From Eledone cirrhosa (Eukaryota): a stretch of 64,000 bases of DNA. Below, in pieces: positions 1-13,072 of the stretch. The DNA lies in NCBI GenBank assembly GCA_964016885.1, contig OZ024740.1, forward strand, positions 322,524,001 through 322,588,000, given 5' to 3'. A program made the position numbers and the translations under genes. Numbering within the stretch: position 1 is the stretch's first letter; every line of letters begins with the position of its first letter. The notes below the pieces were generated by a model. The model ran no database searches. It was given only the letters and a program-made list of their open reading frames with translations, and was not told the DNA's origin.

Positions 1-152
1 ATCAAACTTTTATGTAAAAATCTGATATATTCTAAATGCCAGCTTAATAATTAGAAAGTTATATTGCTAAATCCCAAAATTCTCTATTTTCAAAATGTTT
101 TGAAAATTGTAAGTAGTGTCTTTCATTAGAAATATGATAACAAAAGGGTTAA

Positions 153-349
153 CCCTTTAGCATTTAAACCAGCTGTATCCGGCCACAATTCTCTCACCTT
201 TTCTGTTCAAACTGGTCACTCATACTGATGTTAAGAGATTGTTCTCAAAGTAAACAATATCAAAATCTCATAGATTCAATATTGTGTGAGATAAAGCCTT
301 TACCATGAAAATATAATGGTAAATATAAAGTAATATAAATGCTAAAGGG
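153..349. mobile_element. piggyBac-type MITE
   Basis: TTAA|CCCTTTAGCATTTA ... TAAATGCTAAAGGG|TTAA: 14-bp TIR and TTAA target duplication. Confidence 0.75.
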
Positions 350-569
350 TTAAACAATTTTTCGAAAAATGCAAAAATTAACATGTAATCCCAACAAATG
401 ACAGTAAAATACCAAACATGGCACCAGCATTCAAAGAGTTAATTATAGCAAGGACATGTATTTTAATAATTTGACTACTGTAGTTGTTGACTGGAAATGG
501 GTTTGAACTGATAAGAGTGAAATAATAAACAGCAGCTAAATGTAAGAATAGAACTAATTGTTATTGTAC

Positions 570-666
570 CTGATAACACCATCAAATGTGCCAGCCCTGA
601 AAGGTATTCCATTGCCTAAGTCACTTAGTAGGAAATCTCCCTCAGAATCACGTTCTAGTGCTACAT
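570..666 (-). CDS. BUD23: BUD23 coding exon 5 ([32 protein letters not shown]); gene continues beyond window start
   Basis: TTCCAG acceptor, 97 nt, GTACAA donor. DLGxGIPFRxGTFDG motif, in frame with exon 4. Confidence 0.93.
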
Positions 667-802
667 CTGGAATGAGAGAGAGACATACAGACAAACCATT
701 AATGAGAGAGATACAGACAGAACATTAATGAGAGACATATAAGTAAACCATTAACGAGACACACAGACAGACCATTAATGAGACACACAGATAAATCATT
801 AA

Positions 803-1048
803 CCCTTTCATTACCATATTTCTAATGAAATACAATGCCTATGTGTCTTAATTAATTTTATAAATAACCCCAAATTTGGAGGAATTTAATCAAATAACTA
901 AGTTTTTTATTGGTAAACTGGTATTTAGAACATTACTTGACAAACATTTCTAAAATAAAATTATGATGGAATATTTTAATATAAGAATAAACATTTTAAA
1001 ATTGGCAGTTTTGTACCATAAATCTAGGGTAGTTTGGTACCAAAAGGG
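803..1048. mobile_element. degenerate piggyBac-type MITE
   Basis: TTAA|CCCTTTCATTACC ... GGTACCAAAAGGG|TTAT; imperfect TIR. Confidence 0.5.
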
Positions 1049-1179
1049 TTATTGAGACACATATACACATGCATACACAGATCATTACAAGATAATTGGT
1101 TTAAAACTCAGTAAAAAGTCAATAACTGTGTCATATTCAAGTGGTACAAGAATAAGAAGAAAATGAAAAATAAAATTTA

Positions 1180-2240
1180 CAGCACCACTTATACAGGTTG
1201 CTGGCCTCCCATGAGGTTGTATCTCATAGAAAATTTATTAGGCGTTTTTAACAATAGGGGCTCAAGACCCATTCCCCTTTTCGTGGCTGTTGCAGTCCAT
1301 GTTCAGTTTGTCAAGTTTAGGAAGGTAGCTGGTCCGTGTTCAGTTTGGGGTGTTTGTCCAGAGTTTTGCAGACAGATTGGAGCAATACGGTCTTGTTTAC
1401 ATAGATATGCGTATATGTTATTACAACTCACACTTATGCAGATAGCTGGTCCCCCATAAGGTTGTATCTCATAGGTTTATTAAGTGTGTATCAGGAGTTG
1501 CCTCCCTTGTTGTGACACTCACATCCCCAATAGATTAACGCTCTCTAGACAGGAAGTAGAACCCTTTCTGTAACTTCCGGTCAGAACCCTATAAAACTAA
1601 TAACGTTAAGCTCCCTACCTCTCATTTGCCTTTCCGACGCCTGGCCTTCGCCAGGCGTCTTCTGCCAGCCGCATTCGCCTGGCAATCAAACGGTAACTAA
1701 TAACTTTGCTTCATTCTTTCATCTATTCATTGACATGTCAACTATACTGTTCTATATATCCACAAATTGTTTATTAAATATTATACACACAAACCAATCG
1801 TCTTTGTTATATTCATACACACCAGTATTTTGTTATAAGTGTTTTAACAATAGGGTCTCCAGTCTTATATATAAGTACATGTTACAGCTCATACCTATGC
1901 AACTATAGCTGGCCTCCTACAAGGCTGTATCTCATAGGTTTCTTGGGTGTTTTAATTTTAAGAACCATAGTCTTGTCATACACACACATGTATGTTGTTA
2001 CAACTCACACCTATGTTGTCCCAGCCAGCACATATACAAGTTTAACTGACTCCCTACAAAGTTGTTGTATCTTGTAAAATGTTTCTTGTTTTTTTTTTTA
2101 ATGATAAGGGCTCTAGTCCTGTCATACACACAAATATGTATGTTGTTACAATTCACACCTATGTCAGTCTAGTTGGCCTCATATGAGATTGCATCTCATA
2201 AGTAGGTATTTTGGGTGTTTTAATGATAGGGTCCCTAGTC
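1180..2240. repeat. degenerate ~100-110 bp tandem repeat interrupted by a solo LTR
   Basis: Recurrent TTACAACTCACACCTATG / CTGGCCTCC / GGTTGTATCTCATAGG / GTGTTTTAA..TAGGG modules; another unit lies near 2575-2670. Confidence 0.6.
1487..1837 (+). mobile_element. putative solo LTR (351 bp)
   Basis: Inserted in a host repeat unit with AGTG direct repeats (1483-1486, 1838-1841). Ends TGTATCA...TGTTATA; TATAAAA at 1590, ATTAAA at 1773. Confidence 0.55.
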
Positions 2241-2419
2241 CTATGACAAAAAACAATGTGAAATTAAGCATCTTGCTTAAGAATACAACAGCCTACCTGG
2301 TACAGGAATCAAACCCATAACTATGAGTCCAACACTCTAATCATTAGGCCATGCACCTTCACTACAAGTATATGTATGTATATATATTATGTAAGTATGT
2401 ATATACACAGATATAACTT

Positions 2420-2460
<41 letters not shown>

Positions 2461-2741
2461 GATCGAGTATCGAAAAATCGGCGCACGAGTTCACGACAAA
2501 CAATATTCGAAATGAGCGGCAGAGGGCTCAATAATTCAGATGAATCAGATATATATATATAATTTTTGTTGTTGTTGTTACAGCTTACACTACCATATGT
2601 TTAGCCAACCTGATATAAGGTTGCATCTTCATAGGCTTCTTGGATATTTTAATTATAGGGGCTCCAATACTATACAGATACACTCATACATGCTACATAC
2701 ACAACACGCATATATGTTTACACATGTGTATATATCTACAC

Positions 2742-5700
2742 GTGGATAAGATAATAGATGTAAATAGAGTAAATGACAGAATAATTAAAATAAGACTTGT
2801 TCTAAATAGAACTACTGTGACAGTAATATCGGCATACGTGCCCCAATCCGGACTCCCTGGCGCTATAAAAGACAGATTCTATGAGACACTGATGCTCACT
2901 ACCTCCCAAATAACTGACAGTGACTATATAATTATTGCAGGCGACCTAAATGGCCATGTTGGTCAACATTATGACGGCTATGACGGAATCCACGGAGGCT
3001 ATGGGTTTGGTACTAGAAATGAGGAAGGCTCCAGAATCCTGGAATTCTGTGATGCAAATAACCTAACTATCTGTAACACTAACTTCAAAAAACGAGACAA
3101 TCACTTGATCCCCTACAGATCGGGGGAACATACCAGCCAGGTAGATTATATCCTTACCAGAGGACGTGACAGAGTGTCTGTTGTAAACACTAAATCCCTT
3201 CCCCATGAGGAATGCACCTCCCAACATAGACTACTAATTAGCGACCTCATAGTCAGGACGAGACGTACTAGACAACAGAAGAGGACTATCCTCAGGAGAA
3301 AAATATGGAAGTTAAAGGACCCCACAGCCAGAAATAAATTCCAAAGCATGTTATTTGATGCTTTCGACAGTAAGGAAGAGCAATTAGAGTCAGATAATAT
3401 AGAGGAACAGTGGGAATTCCTGAAAGCAAACCTGCTGACGGCGGCAGACGAAGTCTGTGGCTGGAGCAGGCCTGTAGGTAGGAGGAGAGTAACATGGTGG
3501 TGGAACAGTAAGGTGGAGGAGTCAATTAAGGCCAAAAAGCAGGCTTGGAAAGTATGGCGGGATGGGGGAAGTAGAGAAGACTATCAAGTGGCCAGGAGGG
3601 AAGCTAGGAGACAAGTGTACTTCGCAAGAAGAGAAGCAGAGGAAAGAAAGTTCAAGCATGTTCTACAACGTGAGGACCAAAAACGTGAGGTGTTCAGGAT
3701 TGCTAGGCAATGTGTCAAGGAAAACCGTGATATTGTCGGGGAGAAGTGTGTACTTAATGATGATGGTGTACTTGCCATCACTGACGCTGATAAGAAGGTA
3801 GCTTGGAAGTGTCACTACGAAAGGCTACTAAATGAGGAGAATAATTGGGAGAAAGACAGTCTTCCCCACATCGATCCAATAGAGGGACCGGCAGTGTTAG
3901 TCGAAGGTAGTATAATAAGTAAGGCAATCAAAGATATGAAGATGGGTAAGTCGGCTGGGCCTTCGGAAATAGTTGCTGAGATGCTGAAAGCCTCTGGAAC
4001 GGTGGGACACACCATGGTCACCCGGATAGTAAACCAAGTCATACAGAATGGAGTTGTTCCGAAGGACTGGCGTAGCAGCATCATCATTAACTGTTACAAG
4101 GGTAAAGGAGATGCCCTAGATAGGAGTAACTATAGAGGCATTAAATTAATCGACCAGGTCATGAAGGTCACGGAAAAAGTTATAACGCAACTAATCAGAG
4201 AGAGAATTGATCTAGATGAAATGCAGTTCGGTTTTGTGTCAGGTAAAAGTACCACAGACGCTCTTTTCATTGTACGACAACTACAGGAGAAGTACCTAGC
4301 TAAAAGTAAACCCCTATACTTAGCTTTTGTTGACTTGGAGAAAGCCTTCGACAGAGTCCCCCGTTCCATTATCTGGTGGGCTCTTAGAAAACTAGGTGTT
4401 GACGAATGGCTTGTGAGAGCTATACAAGCCATGTATAAAGAAACAGTCAGCTAGGTTAGAATTAACAACGAATATAGTGAAGAGTTTAGTGTAAAAGTTG
4501 GTGTACATCAGGGCTCTGTTCTTAGCCCCCTACTATTTATTATCGCCCTTCAGGCTATAACAGTGGAGTTCAAGACCGGCTGCCCATGGGAACTCCTATA
4601 CGCAGATGATCTAACGCTCATAGCTGAATCAATGGCTGAACTAGAGAAGAAATTCCAAACATGGAAGCATGGCCTAGAATGAAAAGGCCTTAAAATTAAC
4701 CTGTCTAAGACTAAAGTTCTAGTTTGTAGGAAGGAAAATAGGGCACTAAGAACATAGATTTTACATGTGGCCGGTGCTCTGGTGCAATAAGTAGCAGCAA
4801 ATGCCCACAAAATACTAGCTCTTTCAATTGCGCAGAGGGTTCTATAGAAATAGTGGATAGCTTCCGTTACCTGGGTGACAAAATCAGCAGTGGGGGAGGG
4901 TGCTCTGAAAGTACAGTAGCTAGAGTCAGAACTGGATGGAAAAAGTTCAGAGAGCTTATACCACTATTAGCCACTAAAGGGTTCTCCCTAAAAATGAAAG
5001 GCAGGTTGTATGATGCCTGCATACGAACAGCAATGTTGCATGGCTGTGAGACCTGGGCATTGTGTGCAGAGGATATACGCAGACTAGAGAGGAACGAAGC
5101 TTGCATGCTCCGCTGGATGTGTAATAGTAACATACGTGAACGGCAAAGCATAAGCGAACTAAGGAAAAAATTAGAAATAAGAGGGATCAGATGTTGTTTA
5201 CTCGAGAGAAGGCTACGTTGGTATGGTCACGTGATGCGCATGAAAGACGATAGCTGTATAACAAAGTGCAGGGCAATAAAGATAGACGGTAGCTACGGTG
5301 TAGGCAGACCCAGAAAAACCTGGGACGAGCTGATAAATTCCGACCTCACACACTTACACCTCTCTAAGACAATGTCACTGGACCAAGACCTTTGGCGGTA
5401 CTCAGTAATAGAGAAGACCCGCCTTACCTAAATACAAAGTAAAACCTACTACAGTCAGTAGGCATCTCTAATAAAATACACCCCTGTCCCACCACCCCGA
5501 CCCCATCCACACCGCCCCTTTCAATGTAAAGTTATGTTGGTGCCACAACATCCAGGCCGAAACAAATGAGATCGTGTAGGGGTCACGACAAAAAAAAAAA
5601 ACACACAGTCCATGTTGTAATGTGGCCGTGTAGGCAACACGGTAAAAACCTCCCAGTCCCACACTGTAAATGTGGTTGGTGTTAGGAAGGGCATCCAGCT

Positions 5701-5937
5701 GTAGAAAACCCGCCAGACAGTCCACGCTGTAATGTGGCCGTGTAGGCAACACGGAAAAAACCTCCCAGTCCCACACTGTAAATGTGGTTGGTGTTAGGAA
5801 GGGCATCCAGCTGTAGAAAACCCGCCAGACAGTCCTATGCGAGCAAGACAATCACTCTTGCCTCAAGTGGGAAAACCCCTGTCCAAACCCATGCAAGCGT
5901 GGAACACGGACGTTAAACGATGATGATGATGATGATG
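2742..5937 (+). mobile_element. RTE-clade LINE, 5'-truncated and inactivated (APE endonuclease + RT)
   Basis: SAYVPQ, GDLNGHVG, QVDYIL, SQHRLL (APE); FVDLEKAFDRVP, GVHQGSVLSP, YADD (RT). In-frame stops and an internal deletion near 4747; 3' UTR with a duplicated module; (GAT)n tail. Confidence 0.95.
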
Positions 5938-5990
5938 TGTAAACATGCAAGATAGTAAGAGAATGCAAAAGTAGAAATGAAATAACTTAC

Positions 5991-6073
5991 TTAACATAGC
6001 AGCACTTATATCAATGCCAACCCAGATATGACCTTCCTCTGTTAAACACTCTCCACTGAGACCAGAACCACAC
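5991..6073 (-). CDS. BUD23: BUD23 coding exon 4 (CGSGLSGECLTEEGHIWVGIDISAAML)
   Basis: TTGTAG acceptor, 83 nt, GTAAGT donor. GCGSGLSG and WVGIDIS motifs are characteristic of BUD23. Confidence 0.95.
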
Positions 6074-6509
6074 CTACAAATAACAACAATGAAACAATAA
6101 CAAATACAAATATACTACAATATTGAAATATTATAGAGTACCAGAACATATTGCTTATGGTGGACATAAACAAATGTGACTACTTGTAAGATATAAATGT
6201 GTCTTTGTTCACTAAACTGTAGTTCAGTAGTTTAATCTAACATCTATTGTGGCTTATATAACAATAATGTAGTTCCAGTACATAATACAATGAGGAATAA
6301 TATTAATAATGGTTTCTAACTTAGGCAAAAGGCCAGGAATTCTGTAGGGAGGAGGGAATAGTTGCTTGCTATTTTATTAGACTATAAAGAGCTAGAACAA
6401 ATACTGCAATGCAAAGAATTTTGTACTATGCTTTAACGATTCTACTAATGCACCAACCCAAACATTATTATCATTTAACCTCTGTTTTCCAAACCAAGCA
6501 AAGGTTGAA

Positions 6510-6716
6510 TGGGTCCAGCAAGGATTGGCTGGGTCCAGCAAGGATTGGCTGGGTCCAGCAAGGGTTGGCTGGGTTCAGCAAAGGTTGACTGGGTTCAGTA
6601 AGGGTTGACTGGGTTCAGCAAGGGTTGGCTGGGTCCAGCAAGGGTTGACTGGGTTCAGCAAGGGTTGACTGGGCCCAGCAAGAATTGGCTGAGTTCAGCA
6701 AGGGTTGGCTGGGTCC
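6510..6716. repeat. 20-bp minisatellite (GGGTCCAGCAAGGGTTGGCT)
   Basis: About 10 tandem units seen directly. Confidence 0.9.
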
Positions 6717-6734
6717 AATAATAATGACTCTTAA

Positions 6735-6925
6735 TTTTGGCACAAGTAGAAGGGAAAGTCAATTATATCAACACCAGTACTTGAATGGTATTTTATTTTA
6801 TCGAGCTCAGACGGATGAAAGGCGATGTTGACCTTGGTGGGATTTGAACTCAGAACATAAAGAGCCAGGACAAATACAGCTAAGCGTTTGTTTGATGCTC
6901 TAATGACCCTGTCAATCCACTGCCC
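6735..6925 (-). mobile_element. tRNA-derived SINE family B copy
   Basis: Reverse strand has B-box-like GAGTTCAAATCC followed by GCCTTTCATCC..TCGATAAAATAA..ACC; shared with copies at 12930, 13542 and 17296. Confidence 0.65.
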
Positions 6926-7115
6926 TTTCCAAGTTTCTTGTGTTTATGGGATAGCTGATCGAAAGACAAACATGAAAACCTGTTAGGAAAATGGACGCCA
7001 TATTTGAAATCAGCACCTCAAAATTAGCTAAAAACAACAAAATCTAAGTCAGCAAAAAGTATGTTGACCAGTGTAACTGATAACAATAACAATAATAATG
7101 TTGAAATGTACTCAC

Positions 7116-7211
7116 CCAACATCTAAAATAAAACACGTTTGATCTTCTGGTAAGTTTAACAATTCAATTGCTCTTTCTGAGAGTTTCGACTGAATCTCAA
7201 TCATACGTGAA
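7116..7211 (-). CDS. BUD23: BUD23 coding exon 3 (SRMIEIQSKLSERAIELLNLPEDQTCFILDVG)
   Basis: TTCACAG acceptor, 96 nt, GTGAGT donor. In frame with exon 2; contains the start of SAM-binding motif I (ILDVG). Confidence 0.95.
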
Positions 7212-7601
7212 CTGTGAAAATAGATAGGAGAGATGGTATCACATTATACATGTTCCGAGTTATTTATGACTGTATGACACAAAAAAGTACAAATAAGTAT
7301 GTATTTATATGTGTATAATATTGGTAACTATAAGTACATTTGTGTATATATGTATATAATAAGCAAATATGAATACATGTATGTGTTTAAATGTGTATAT
7401 ATCATTTGAAAATATAAATACAAGTGTGTCTATATTTGTGTGCTGGAGTCATGATAAAACATTCCCAGTATTCAGTGTTTGGTGTTAGGAAGGGCATCCA
7501 GCCATAGTCTCAGAACATGACAGCCCATCTAGCCCATGCAAGCATGAAAAGTAGATGTTAAATGATGATGATGATGACACATATGTGTCAATATACATAT
7601 C

Positions 7602-8440
7602 ATCATCATCACCATTTAACGTCTATCTTCCATGCTAGCAGGGGTTAGACGGGTTTGTCCCATTTGAGGCAAGTTGGGTCAGGTGACCATGTTTCACTCA
7701 GATAGGACTGTTTCTGGCTGGTTTTCTATGGCTGGATGCCCTTCCTAACACCAACCACATTTACAGTGTGTGCTGGGTACTTTTTGCAAAGTCTCCTACC
7801 CAACCACTTTACAGTGTGGACTGGGTGCTTTTTTTCTTGACACCTACACAACCACTTAACAGTGTGGGCTGGATGTTTTGTGGTACCAACATAACTTTAC
7901 AGAGTAAGGGTGGTGTGGGCAAAAGTGGAAGTGAGGTGTAGGCTGTATATTGGATTAAGAGGTGCCTACAAGGCGTGTCTTCTGTATTACTGCATAGCGC
8001 CAAAAATCTTGATCCTGTGTCATTTTGTCTTAGAGAGGTTCATGTGTGCAAGGTCAGCTTCTATCATCTCGTCCCAGATCTTTCTGAGTCTACCTACTTC
8101 ATAGCTTCCATCAATTTTGATCGCCCTGCACTTTTTGATACAACTGTTGATCTTCATACGTATCACATAACCGTACCAATGCAATTTCCTTTCTAGTAAA
8201 CTGCATCTGACCCCTATGCCTAATTTCTCATTTAGTTTGTTTATGCTTTGCTGTTTGTGTATATTACTATTACACATCCATGCATGCTTCATTTCTTTTC
8301 AATCTGTGTAGATCCTCTGCACACAATGCCCAAGTCTCACTACCATGTAACATTGCTATTCGTATACAAGCATCATACAATCTGCCTTTCATTTTTAGTG
8401 AGAAACCTTTTGTGGCCAACAGCAGTATTAGCTCTCTGAA
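7602..8440 (-). mobile_element. degenerate RTE LINE 3' fragment
   Basis: (CAT)n tail complement, 3' UTR modules, and ERKLHWYGY...GRLRKIW translation. Confidence 0.85.
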
Positions 8441-8719
8441 CATATGTATAACATTAATAAATATTTATAGTTATGTGTGTATATATTAGTTACTATAAAT
8501 GCAAGTGTGTATATAGATGGTTATAATAACTGCAAATATGAATACAATTGGTGTATCATCATCATCATCATTTTACGTCCGCTTTTCCCTCTTGCAAGGG
8601 TGGGACGGGTCCTATTCGGCACAGCATCTCTCCACTTGTCACGGTCCTTCCTCATCTCCACCGTACATAATATAAACAACTATAAATAGATGTGCCTATA
8701 TGCATGTATATATGTGTGT

Positions 8720-9030
8720 TACAATAGTGACTATATACACCAGGGTGTATTTATGTGTATATAACATTAGTAACTATATATACCAGTGTACATATATGTG
8801 TGTATTACATTAGTGAATATAACTACCAGTGTATATATGTGTATATTACAATAGTGACTATAAATACCAGTGTATATATGTTGTGTATTACATTAGTGAC
8901 TATATAAATACCAGTGTATATATGTTGTATATTACATTAGTGACTGCATATACCAGTGTGTATATATGTGTATGACAATAGTGAATATATAAAAGTGTAT
9001 ATGTGTGTGTATAACATTAGTGACTATAAA
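8720..9030. repeat. degenerate ~38-bp minisatellite
   Basis: Repeated ACATTAGTGACTATA..TACCAGTGTATAT units. Confidence 0.7.
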
Positions 9031-9046
9031 CAAGTATATATCTTAC

Positions 9047-9084
9047 TTTGACGTATATTTCTGAGCTTCACTTTCATTATAAAA
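9047..9084 (-). CDS. BUD23: BUD23 coding exon 2 (FYNESEAQKYTS-N)
   Basis: TTTCAG acceptor, 38 nt, GTAAGA donor. The FYxxxEAxKY motif matches BUD23. Confidence 0.92.
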
Positions 9085-9149
9085 CTGAAAAATTGAAGAA
9101 AGTACACATTACAAATAGTTATATTTTAGTAACAACTGCAGCTACAGAG

Positions 9150-10330
9150 CATTAGTAATAACTGTAGTTACATAACTTAATATTACTAGTAAGAACTGTA
9201 GTTATATAACTTAATATTACTAGTAATAACTGTAGTTACATAACTTAATATTACTAGTAATAACTGTAGTTACATAACTTAATATATTAGTAATAACTGT
9301 AGTTATATCACTTAATATATTAGTAATAACTGTAGTTATATAACTTAATATATTAGTAATAACTGTAGTTATATAACTTAATAATACTAGTAATAACTGT
9401 AGTTATATAACTTAATATATTAGTAACAACTGTAGTTATATCACTTAATATATTAGTAATAACTGTAGTTACGTAACTTAATATTTCTAGTAATAACTGT
9501 AGATATATAACTTAATATTACTAGTAATAACTGTAGTTATATCACTTAATATATTAGTAATAACTGTAGTTATATAACTTAATATATTAGTAATAACTGT
9601 AGTTACATAACTTAATATTTCTAGTAATAACTGTAGTTATATAACTTAATATATTAGTAATAACTGTAGTTATATAACTTAATATATTAGTAATAACTGT
9701 AGTTACATAACTTAATATTTCTAGTAATAACTGTAGTCACATAACTTAATATTAGTAATAACTGTAGATATATAACTTAATATTTCTAGTAATAATTGTA
9801 GTTATATAAATTAATATTTTTAGTAATAACTGTAGTTATATAACTTAATATATTAGTAATAACTGTAGTTACATAACTTAATATGTTTAGCAATGGCTAT
9901 AGTTACATAACATTGTATTTTAGCAATGGCTACTAAACATAGCAACTTTAGTTTTTAGCACTGGTTCCAGTTACAAAACAACTTAGTATTTTAGCAATGG
10001 CTATAGTTAGATAGCAACTCTAAATTTTAGCAATGGCAGTAGTTACAGAGCAACTTTATATTTTAGCAATGGCTGTGGTTAGCTAGCAACTCTAAATTTT
10101 AGCAATGGCAGTAGTTACAGAGCAACTTTATATTTTAGCAATGGGTGTAGTTAGCTAGCAACTCTAAATTTTAGCAATGGCAGTAGTTACAGAGCAACTT
10201 TATATTTTAGCAATGGCTGTGGTTAGCTAGCAACTCTAAATTTTAGCAATGGCAGTAGTTACAGAGCAACTTTATATTTTAGCAATGGGTGTGGTTAGAT
10301 AGCAACTTTATATTTTAGCAAAGGCTGTAA
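9150..10330. repeat. 30-31 bp minisatellite that shifts into a related 31/62-bp variant
   Basis: TAGTAATAACTGTAGTTATATAACTTAATAT units to ~9890, then TAGCAATGGCAGTAGTTACAGAGCAACTTTA..TTT units. Confidence 0.9.
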
Positions 10331-10337
10331 TAAGAAA

Positions 10338-10520
10338 ATAATAATAATGAAATTATTGTGTACAGTGCTCAGGTGCACTACAACTCATCAAAGGTGCATG
10401 TATAGTACATAGAATAATGTACAGATGTCAGGAAAGTGAACAGTGTATGAGTCATGATATACATGCGTGCGTGTGTATGGAGGGGGATATAAGGTGTAGC
10501 GTTGGCGAATTTCCGTTCCA
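10338..10520 (-). mobile_element. CR1-like LINE 3' end
   Basis: Matches the 3' UTR and (ATT)n tail at 14730-14900 and 61490-61605. Confidence 0.8.
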
Positions 10521-10534
10521 TCCACTGTATCGAT

Positions 10535-10769
10535 GACACAACAGTCCACACTGTAAGGTGGCCGTGTAGGAGACACGGTGAAAAGGCTCCCAGTCCACAC
10601 TGTAAATGTGGTTGGTGTTAGGAAGGGCATCCAGCTGTAAAAAAGCCTGCCAGAGACGCTTCCGTGCAAGCGAGACATGATCTCCCGACCATTCCCGCAT
10701 TAAATGGAGCAAAACCGTCTAACCCTTGCTAGCGTGGAAGATGGACGTTAAATGATGATGATGATGATG
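10535..10769 (+). mobile_element. RTE-type 3' UTR/tail fragment
   Basis: CACTGTAAATGTGGTTGGTGTTAGGAAGGGCATCCAGC module and (GAT)n tail. Confidence 0.75.
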
Positions 10770-10964
10770 GAGAGTAACTCAGTATTTTTCATGCTTTAAG
10801 AACTTAGCTTGAGAACAGTTGATAGCCAATTAAACATTTTCAATTATTATCTTGTTGTTCTGAATTCAAGCTCTAGTAGGTTGGATTTTTTTACAATTCA
10901 TCATCACTCCACAAATGATATAACACCACTCAGACATAATTAACTATACATCTACTGTTTTCCA

Positions 10965-11463
10965 GCGGCTGTGCCCAGTCTGGTCGTCTTCATGCATTAG
11001 CACCAAGACCAAGCTCCGCCTGTACAAGAGCATCGTGCTGCCGACAGTGCTTTATGCGAGCGAGACCTGGAAGAGTATGGCAAAAATAGAGCGATGGCAG
11101 AACGCTTTCCACCAGCGGTGCTTACGAAAGATCCTTCGTGTCTCCTGGTGTGACCGAGTGCAAAACGAGGAGATCCTGCGGAGAGCCGAGTCGTGGACGC
11201 CACAGAGAGTGGTCACGGAGCGTCGGTGCTGTCTGGCTGGTCATATTCTGCACCTGTCAAATGAACGGCATTCGAAAACAGCGATGAACTGGACTCCGCC
11301 TGGCAGTAAACGGAGGCGGGGTTGCCCAAGGATCACCTGGAAGGACCTGATGGCAGTCAACATCACCTGGCATGGTCTAGAAAAAGTTGCCGCTGATCGT
11401 GACCGTTGTCAAGTACTCAATGCTCGATGCGCCGAACGGCGCGGAAGAATCTAAGACTAAGAC
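10965..11463 (+). mobile_element. RTE-like LINE RT C-terminal fragment (different family)
   Basis: VLPTVLYASETW, FHQRCLRKILRVSW, GHILH, KRRRGCPRITW; short (CTAAGA) tail. Confidence 0.8.
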
Positions 11464-12929
11464 TTGTGTATTTAGTCATTTGTAGAAAATGTTGAAGTGC
11501 TATATTTGACTGGTATTTACTTTATCAACCCCGAAGGGTGAAAAACAAAGTTGACTTTGGTGGGATTTGAACTTAAAGTGAAAAAGCACATAACTAAATA
11601 TTACCAGATATTTAAAATTACATTAAAATAATAAGGAAACATCAGACTTTACAATTCATTTTAGTTTTTGAGCAGGCAGTAATGGTCAATATCTATGAAT
11701 TATATCTATAGTAATGATTCCCATATATCTATAGTAGGATCTGCAAAGGTAGTATTGGGAGTTTGTGAGCCAAGTTCAACATCTCAAATACTTTGTAGAA
11801 GACATATTATACACACACTGGATTTAATGGGGGAGCAAAGGAGGCTCCTTCATAAGTCAAAGTACTCTAGGCTTCAAATGGGGTACCTGAACTGCCAGAA
11901 GGAATAGATCTTTTGTATATATCTATACAATATGTACATTTATGTATATCACTATGCAGCAGCACCAATAGAATATATATATTTATGTGTGTTTGTGTGT
12001 GTGTGTGTCTGTACATATACAATAGAATCACCAGCCACCTTTTTTTTGTGATTCTAAACTTATGACTTGGCTTACTGAGGAATAGTCAATTTTCCACTAA
12101 TCTCTGTCTCTCTCTCCCCCTCTCTTGTCTCTTTTGTGACACTAGCCTGTTTCTCTCTTCTCTTTGCTGTCTTTTATCTTCCCTCTCTACTTAAAAGATG
12201 TTTGTTGTTAAAAGAAAATCATACTAGAAATTTCCATTCTTCAACTTGGAAGTAATTCTTAAACATTTACCTGGCTCTTATTTTGCTAACATCGGATATT
12301 TTAGCTGTTTAATTTTATAAGATATTGATATGACATCAATACTAAATAAATGCTTTTACTTTTGTGAAAATTATTTTGAAATATTATGTTAAAAAATCAG
12401 TGTTTTTATTTTTTACACTTTTTAACGAATAACAATGTATGTCAAATTAAAGTTTTACTTATGGTCTTTCTTTCTGTGTAATCTATTTTGGATAGCAAAA
12501 TATCTTGATAACATATTTGTGATGTAACTTATAATATTTATGTCTTCTACAGATAACAGATCAGATGTAATCGATATTTTCAATCATCTTGTATCTTTCT
12601 TATTTTTTCACAGTCCATGACAGCATTGAGGGTACTTTTGGATTTTCCCCACCGATCAATCATAGCCCAGGCCCTAAAAACCCTGGAAATCAATGGAGCT
12701 CACTGCGAAGTTCATATTCTGACTAATTTTTCACATTCACTTTAGGTATATCATGCAATGTCAGAGTCTATGTTAAATTACATTTGATATCTCTTTCATT
12801 TAACGGGTATTTTCTGGTTATCTCCAAAACATAATTTCAAAAGTCAAGCTTTTCTTCAGTCCCTATATTCACAGGTTTTATAACATTTTTGTTCAGTCAC
12901 TGTATGTCTACAACACTGTTATTATTAGA

Positions 12930-13072
12930 GTGAGTTCAAATCCTGCCGAGGTTTGCTTTGCCTTTCATCCGTACGAGGTCGATAAAATAAACTTTATTTT
13001 ATTTAATAAAGTACTAGTCACGCACAGAGGTCAATTTAATCGACTTACCCAGTCCCCCGAAATTGTTGGCCT
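12930..13072 (+). mobile_element. tRNA-derived SINE family B copy (5'-truncated)
   Basis: GAGTTCAAATCC B-box, GCCTTTCATCC..GGTCGATAAAAT body, GGCCTTGTGCC..AGTAGAAA end with (ATT)n. Confidence 0.7.

Noticed and set aside
2640-2741. N-terminus of the 604-aa ORF as a real RTE start
   Set aside because: It derives from flanking host repeat and microsatellite; the LINE is 5'-truncated within the endonuclease.
3146-5151. Antisense ORFs over RTE copies (also 31190-33326, 37962-38903)
   Set aside because: Shadow frames of the LINE ORF with no independent coding signal.
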